NCBI GenBank assembly: GCA_963676915.2
Contig: CAXXVK010000004.1
Span: 1-64,000, forward strand
Direction: 5' to 3'
Origin: Myxococcota bacterium
GTDB taxonomy: Bacteria > Myxococcota_A > SURF-8 > G963663525
Length of the DNA stretch: 64,000 nt
Under the pieces are notes generated by a model that searched no databases, was not told the DNA's origin, and saw nothing but the letters and a program-made list of their open reading frames with translations. Below, in pieces: positions 62,201-64,000 of the stretch; within the stretch, counting starts at the first letter, position 1, and each line of letters opens with the position of its first letter. The translations under genes were made by a program, and so were the position numbers.

Positions 62201-64000
62201 TGGCCTGATCGTTGTTCCAGGTGAGCGGGCAGTTGTCGCCGGCATCCAGAATCATGTCGTCGTCATCGTCAACGTCACAGGCATCGCCGTAATCATCCGA
62301 GTCCGTATTCGTCTGATCGGTATTGACCGTCAACACGCAGTTATCGAAAGTATCCGGGATTCCGTCGCCATCATCGTCAGTGTCACAAGCGTTACCTTCG
62401 CCGTCCTGGTTGGTATCGATCTGATCGGTATTGACCGTCAGCTTGCAGTTGTCCGAAACGTCCGGGATAAAGTCGTTATCGTCATCGTCGTCGCAAACGT
62501 TACCGTCACCATCGTCATCCGTATCGAGCTGATCGGCGTTTTTGTTCAACGGACAGTTGTCACCGGCATCCAACACACCATCGTTGTCGTCATCGGTGTC
62601 GCAGGCGTTTCCGTCGCCATCTTCATCCGTATCGAACTGGTTGGTGTTGTAGATCATGGGACAGTTGTCGGCATAGTCGGGAATGAAGTCGTTGTCGTCG
62701 TCGGTATCGCAGGCGTCGCCCTGTCCATCGTTGTCGGTATCCACCTGATCCGGGTTACTCAGTTCGGGGCAGTTATCACCGGCATCCAACACACCGTCGT
62801 TGTCGCTGTCATCGTCACAGACATCGCCGTCACCATCGTTGTCGAGGTCGGCCTGATCGGTGTTGAAGTCGAGGGGACAGTTATCCTCACCGTCGGGGAT
62901 GAAGTCGTTGTCATCGTCCGGGTCACAGGCATCGCCCAGGGTGTCGGAATCGGTATCGAGCTGATCGACATTGGCCATCAGCGAGCAGTTGTCCGCCCAG
63001 TCGAGAACGCCGTCCGAGTCGTCGTCGTCATCGCAAGCATCGCCAAGACCATTGACGTTGAAGTCTTTCTGATCTCCGTTGGCTACCAGCGGGCAGTTGT
63101 CGGCGTCGTCGAACACGTAGTCGTTGTCGTCGTCCGGATCGCAGGCATCACCAATGCCGTCGTTCTCTGTATCCGTCTGATCGGTGTTGGCAATTTTCGG
63201 GCAGTTATCGAGGATATCGACGACGTCGTCGTTGTCGTCGTCGTCGTCGCAGACATCGCCCATGCCATCGTCATCAGAGTCCGTTTGCTCGGGATTCTGG
63301 TGATAGGGGCAGTTGTCCTCGGCATCCCCGATGCCGTCTTCGTCATCATCGTCCTCGCAGGCATCGCCTTTGTAGTCGTTGTCGGAGTCCGTCTGGCTCG
63401 GGTTCGGGGTGTAGGGACAGTTATCGTTGGTATCCACTACACCGTCGTTGTCATCGTCCAGGTCGCAGACGTCGCCCTGTCCGTCACCCTCGTAGTCGAG
63501 CTGATCGACGTTGGCCATGGAGGGGCAGTTGTCGCAGATGTCACCCAGGCCGTCTTCGTCGATGTCGTACTGAGTATTATTGTAATTGTACGGGCAGTTA
63601 TCGTAAGCATCGAGGATCGTATCGTCATCGTCGTCGGTGTCGCAGGCATCGCCCTGACCATCGTCATCGAAATCGAGCTGGTCGACGTTCTGAACCGTCG
63701 GGCAGTTGTCGCTAATATCCAAAAGTCCGTCGTTGTCGTCATCATCGTCACAAGTATTACCGATACCATCTTTATCGGCATCGGCCTGCGAGGGGTTACC
63801 AGCCACCGGACAGTTATCGCAAACATCACCCACGCCATCGTTGTCGGTGTCGGTCTGGTTAAAGGCATTCGCCACCGTGGGGCAATTGTCGCTGCCGTTG
63901 GGGATACCATCATCGTCGGCATCCGGGTCGCAGGCATCGCCAGCACCATCAGAGTCACTGTCCGTCTGATCAACGTTTGTTGTATTCACACAGTTATCGC
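50259..64000 (-). CDS. Giant thrombospondin type-3 repeat surface protein (>4570 aa, 5' end outside window)
   Basis: Frame stays open to the window edge (...DNCVNTTN...); about 110 DxDxDGxxDxxDNCP...NxDQxDxDxDGxGDACD units; Cys-rich, PPC-like and Fn3-like C-terminal domains. Confidence 0.92.
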   Translation of the reverse strand, partial: DNCVNTTNVDQTDSDSDGAGDACDPDADDDGIPNGSDNCPTVANAFNQTDTDNDGVGDVCDNCPVAGNPSQADADKDGIGNTCDDDDDNDGLLDISDNCPTVQNVDQLDFDDDGQGDACDTDDDDDTILDAYDNCPYNYNNTQYDIDEDGLGDICDNCPSMANVDQLDYEGDGQGDVCDLDDDNDGVVDTNDNCPYTPNPSQTDSDNDYKGDACEDDDDEDGIGDAEDNCPYHQNPEQTDSDDDGMGDVCDDDDDNDDVVDILDNCPKIANTDQTDTENDGIGDACDPDDDNDYVFDDADNCPLVANGDQKDFNVNGLGDACDDDDDSDGVLDWADNCSLMANVDQLDTDSDTLGDACDPDDDNDFIPDGEDNCPLDFNTDQADLDNDGDGDVCDDDSDNDGVLDAGDNCPELSNPDQVDTDNDGQGDACDTDDDNDFIPDYADNCPMIYNTNQFDTDEDGDGNACDTDDDNDGVLDAGDNCPLNKNADQLDTDDDGDGNVCDDDDDNDFIPDVSDNCKLTVNTDQIDTNQDGEGNACDTDDDGDGIPDTFDNCVLTVNTDQTNTDSDDYGDACDVDDDDDMILDAGDNCPLTWNNDQANNDGDELGDACDTDDDNDGIPDGFDNCPFVNNNDQADSDDDGQGDACDFDIDNDGVLDAEDNCPNVANEDQLNADNDELGDACDNDDDNDGILDVSDNCPRTSNFDQVDSDDDGTGDACENDDDEDGVLDEDDNCPHTVNDDQLDTDDDGQGDACDTDDDDDGVLDIFDNCPLVENADQLDTDNDGQGNLCEDDDDEDGIPDGGDNCPEHANTAQTDTDEDGEGDACDADDDGDFIPDGADNCPLVANTSQDDTDEDGEGDACDTDDDNDLVMDAADNCPLVQNTNQVNSDDDEDGDACDVDDDNDGILDNFDNCPRTANFTQLDTDEDGIGDACEDDDDEDGVPDISDNCPNVDNPDQSDNDEDGVGDACDADDDNDGLLDTADNCPFDKNAGQEDFDDDDEGDVCDVDDDNDGVNDDIDNCPFVENVEQLDTDGDGEGNICDDDDDGDTVPDGEDNCPLDANSDQVDMDDDGLGNACDSDLDGDGYDQGEDNCPYVTNPEQLNADGDSFGDACDEDDDNDGILDNFDNCTRIANFDQADTDHDGIGDACEDDADEDGVLDGADNCPLVVNDDQLDTDEDGEGDACDADDDNDGVFDASDNCPLVENSGQENNDLDGFGDVCDDDDDNDGAEDGFDNCPFTSNADQLDTDEDDWGDACDNDDDADGVDDVDDNCPLISNDTQSDLDTDGQGDACDADDDNDGVDDVEDNCPLISNADQADQDLDNEGNACDADDDGDGVDDGEDNCPLASNDDQLDTDTDGEGDACDTDDDNDFIPDTVDNCRLVANAAQDDTDEDGEGNACDRDDDNDGVEDGEDNCPLVANEDQANEDEDTQGDACDTDDDNDFIPDDVDNCPTMANVEQKDTDEDGEGDVCDVDDDADQVLDLVDNCPLVSNVEQYNADDDEFGDACDDDDDNDTVLDENDNCPRTPNEDQADTDEDGYGDACDNDIDEDGVLDEADNCVNVMNPNQEDLDEDGEGDACDTDDDGDGVDDVEDNCPNLANADQYDTDNDGVGDACEEDDDSDGVPDYEDNCPSVSNADQLDTDEDGEGNACDDDDDGDTILDGEDNCPVNDNTDQLDTDEDGDGDACDVDDDNDGTLDEVDNCPLIRNVGQLDTNEDGEGDACDEDDDGDLLPDVLDNCPLVPNVVQDDNDEDGEGDACDDDDDNDGVLDTVDNCEFEANTAQLNADNDAFGDACDDDDDNDEVLDEMDNCPRTANGDQIDTDDDGVGDACENDNDEDGVLDGEDNCPVVVNPDQIDTNHDGEGNACDDDDDGDGVLDDFDNCPLTFNTQQANHDDDEFGDACDDDMDGDGVANEFDNCPMDANGDQLDTDDDGDGDACDVDDDSDGVKDTFDNCPLISNTGQLDNDNDNIGDVCDDDDDNDGIVDTYDNCPMAFNDMQEDTDDDGEGDVCDADDDADGILDGYDNCPKTSNFEQVDTDNDGVGDACEDDADEDGVPDINDNCPFVANADQQDSEDDGEGDACDTDDDNDGVLDLFDNCPLTVNADQSDTDNDGQGDACENDDDEDGVTDAEDNCPQDINPDQADNDEDGEGDVCDDDDDNDGVQDVLDNCPMTANASQRNLDGDSQGDVCDADDDNDGSSDLEDNCPQTANPGQFDADHDGLGDACDDDDDNDGVDDVEDNCPRTANDDQADEDNDGIGDACENDADEDGVADDVDNCVENINPDQTDTDEDGEGNACDDDDDGDGVFDAYDNCPLTENVDQVDTDDDGIGDACEDDNDGDGILDNVDNCPTLANTDQINTDNDEFGNACDDDDDNDGVADESDNCPLTANDDQADYDDNGIGDACEDDDDKDGVADAEDNCPQLFNPGQANNDDDEFGDLCDDDDDNDGVADETDNCVWTANDDQANNDEDAEGDACDTDDDNDFVPDTVDNCQFVQNHEQFDEDNDGEGDVCDDDDDNDGVDDEADNCVFVANDDQADNDDDGEGDACDTDDDNDGVDDESDNCPLIENAEQFDADENGEGDACDDDDDGDGVLDETDNCIRIANDDQTDTDEDGIGDACEDDTDQDGVVDEEDNCPEAINPDQVDTDEDDEGDACDTDDDGDGVDDVEDNCPLIENAEQENNDLDKFGDVCDADDDNDGINDLFDNCPMNANPDQANNDGDTVGDVCDDDDDNDELADNEDNCPMVPNAEQENNDEDDLGDACDTDDDNDYLPDSVDNCPMTANTDQSDRDNDGAGDVCDDDDDNDGVDDETDNCVFIANEDQADTDDDGIGDACEDDADQDGVPDTNDNCPLVPNSDQADNEGDGEGDVCDADDDNDGVDDIVDNCPVTFNDGQLDTDLDGIGDACEDDLDQDGVADVEDNCPLIANEDQADNDNDNLGDVCDDDDDNDGVNDGEDNCHFTSNADQLDTDRDGIGDACENDTDEDGVADVEDNCPMIANADQTDTDMDGEGDVCDADDDGDYVPDEMDNCPLVANTDQVDTDVDGQGNVCDYDDDADGFMDGVDNCPLVANTDQVDVDEDGDGDACDADDDNDGVYDDVDNCPKTVNTDQLDTNEDGRGDACQDDNDEDGVSEEEDNCPLVYNPEQVNTDDDEMGDACDMDDDNDGVYDAFDNCRLVENMGQADTDADGEGNACDADDDNDGVADESDNCILVSNADQVDVDEDGEGDACDSDDDADGVDDLVDNCPLVANDDQADFDNDNMGDACDMDDDGDGVDDTIDNCPLLANADLTDTDSDGEGDACDDDDDGDYILDESDNCPLVANAEQTNSDTDAMGDACDDDDDNDGLADAEDNCPTVINPEQADNENDGLGDLCDTDDDNDGVLDENDNCPILANTNQLNADDDSLGDACDYDDDNDGVLDETDNCPRTPNADQADSDDNGQGDACEDDDDEDGVLDGDDNCPLVINTDQLDTDEDGEGDACDADDDADGIYDELDNCPLVVNTNQANLDGDAFGDICDDDDDNDGIADETDNCPMVANDTQSDLDDNGEGDACDTDDDGDGKLDVEDNCPLLANADQLDTDEDGEGDVCDDDDDGDWIPDANDNCPLVANTDQFNTDEDDEGDVCDTDDDNDGVDDIDDNCPLTFNDDQTDTDEDGQGDACEDDLDEDGVLDEEDNCPVVFNPDQADNDNDDMGDICDDDDDNDDVLDGEDNCPMVANDDQTNTDEDALGDACDDDDDADEVLDIDDNCPLVANADQLDADEDGMGDACDADSDGDGVVAINDNCPTVYNPDQTDTDGDLMGNACDSDDDADGIDDENDNCTLTYNPEQYNADDDQWGDACDNDDDNDGVLDSFDNCRRTPNFDQVDTDNDGRGDACEDDADEDGVTDAEDNCWLTINPEQEDADLDGEGDVCDDDDDNDGVFDRYDNCPLTENTGQEDTDLDGAGDVCDDDDDDDGMLDVEDNCELVANFDQLDTDLDGEGDVCDVDDDGDGVFDTNDNCPLASNTEQVNSDDDEFGDLCDVCPFDPENDMDVDGICGNEDNCPKVANVDQEDADDDEVGDACDNCPALANTNQYNVCIINGLCYAPETVNPDNPCQECTPISSREVWSIDDTNACDDGNACTTGDQCSAGECLAGTGTLDCDDGNECMANSCDEERGCVDDPVDDWTVCDSSAINAHACLSGECVELEEGDFCEGATPITLDNAVNDSLDGRHANHALSYPCSSSDLYAADAFYSIQLNAGQAYVITLTDSSRSLGVALLAECGASNACAEPVAQHGDAGDDVVMDGITVDESGMYIIQVVLLGEEAGNYSLLVAESEACLPGSEGCECYSDDTCDGELECREGICREPEVDGDQDEEECIVGSEGCDCYNDDTCDEGLVCLSDLCVEDPGSTDQPNQAPTAPELLYPGPDQSSIPTMMSFMWKRSTDPEGDDLSYELYYCNNESFSGCDAVVVAGSEEDAQEEGGESTKLIEGMVALPFALGLLFVLVRTGRKPMAAMVLSCMVVLGGMTACEDLTDEGGEGILPEDVVLYQVPEALEAQTTYYWKVVAIDSEGNETTSETRTFDTM
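51760..64000 (-). repeat. Degenerate coding tandem repeat, unit about 108 bp / 36 aa
   Basis: Recurrent GGGCAGTTGTC and GCAGGCATCGCC motifs at about 108-bp spacing on the + strand. Confidence 0.9.

Noticed and set aside
51760-64000. Regularly spaced repeats as a possible CRISPR array
   Set aside because: The repeats are degenerate at third codon positions, lie in one open frame, have no unique spacers, and there are no cas genes.

Overview
Bacterial chromosomal window of moderate GC. Gene content suggests an anaerobic or facultative Myxococcota/deltaproteobacterial lineage (inference from gene families only). I recognised no rRNA, tRNA, CRISPR array or transposase. From left to right it holds: a sigma54-driven operon (histidine kinase, receiver-SLC13 transporter fusion, response regulator); a pyruvyl transferase; a biotin-carrier + glycyl radical enzyme (GRE) pair; an AT-rich two-gene islet; a GldAFG/DUF4340 ABC system; an O-antigen ligase-like gene; an LPP20/FlgT/FecR operon; carD with a structured leader; a secreted metzincin with a partner gene; a PhnP-like hydrolase; an EGF-repeat lipoprotein; argF; a degenerate MshEN-PilB-receiver fusion; two GT39/ArnT-like genes; a U32 pair; purM; a GntR-GRE-activase-PNPOx operon; yedF and selA; an AcuC-HK-RR operon; and the 3' part of a giant (>4570 aa) thrombospondin type-3 repeat protein. 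Most genes between about 32.4 and 46.4 kb carry several 1-bp frameshifts, most likely consensus sequencing errors. The strongest leads are (1) the C-terminal module of the giant protein, an Fn3-like domain interrupted by a transmembrane hairpin whose second helix ends in an internal lipobox, a possible undescribed anchoring/processing system, and (2) two non-PFL GREs in unusual operons.
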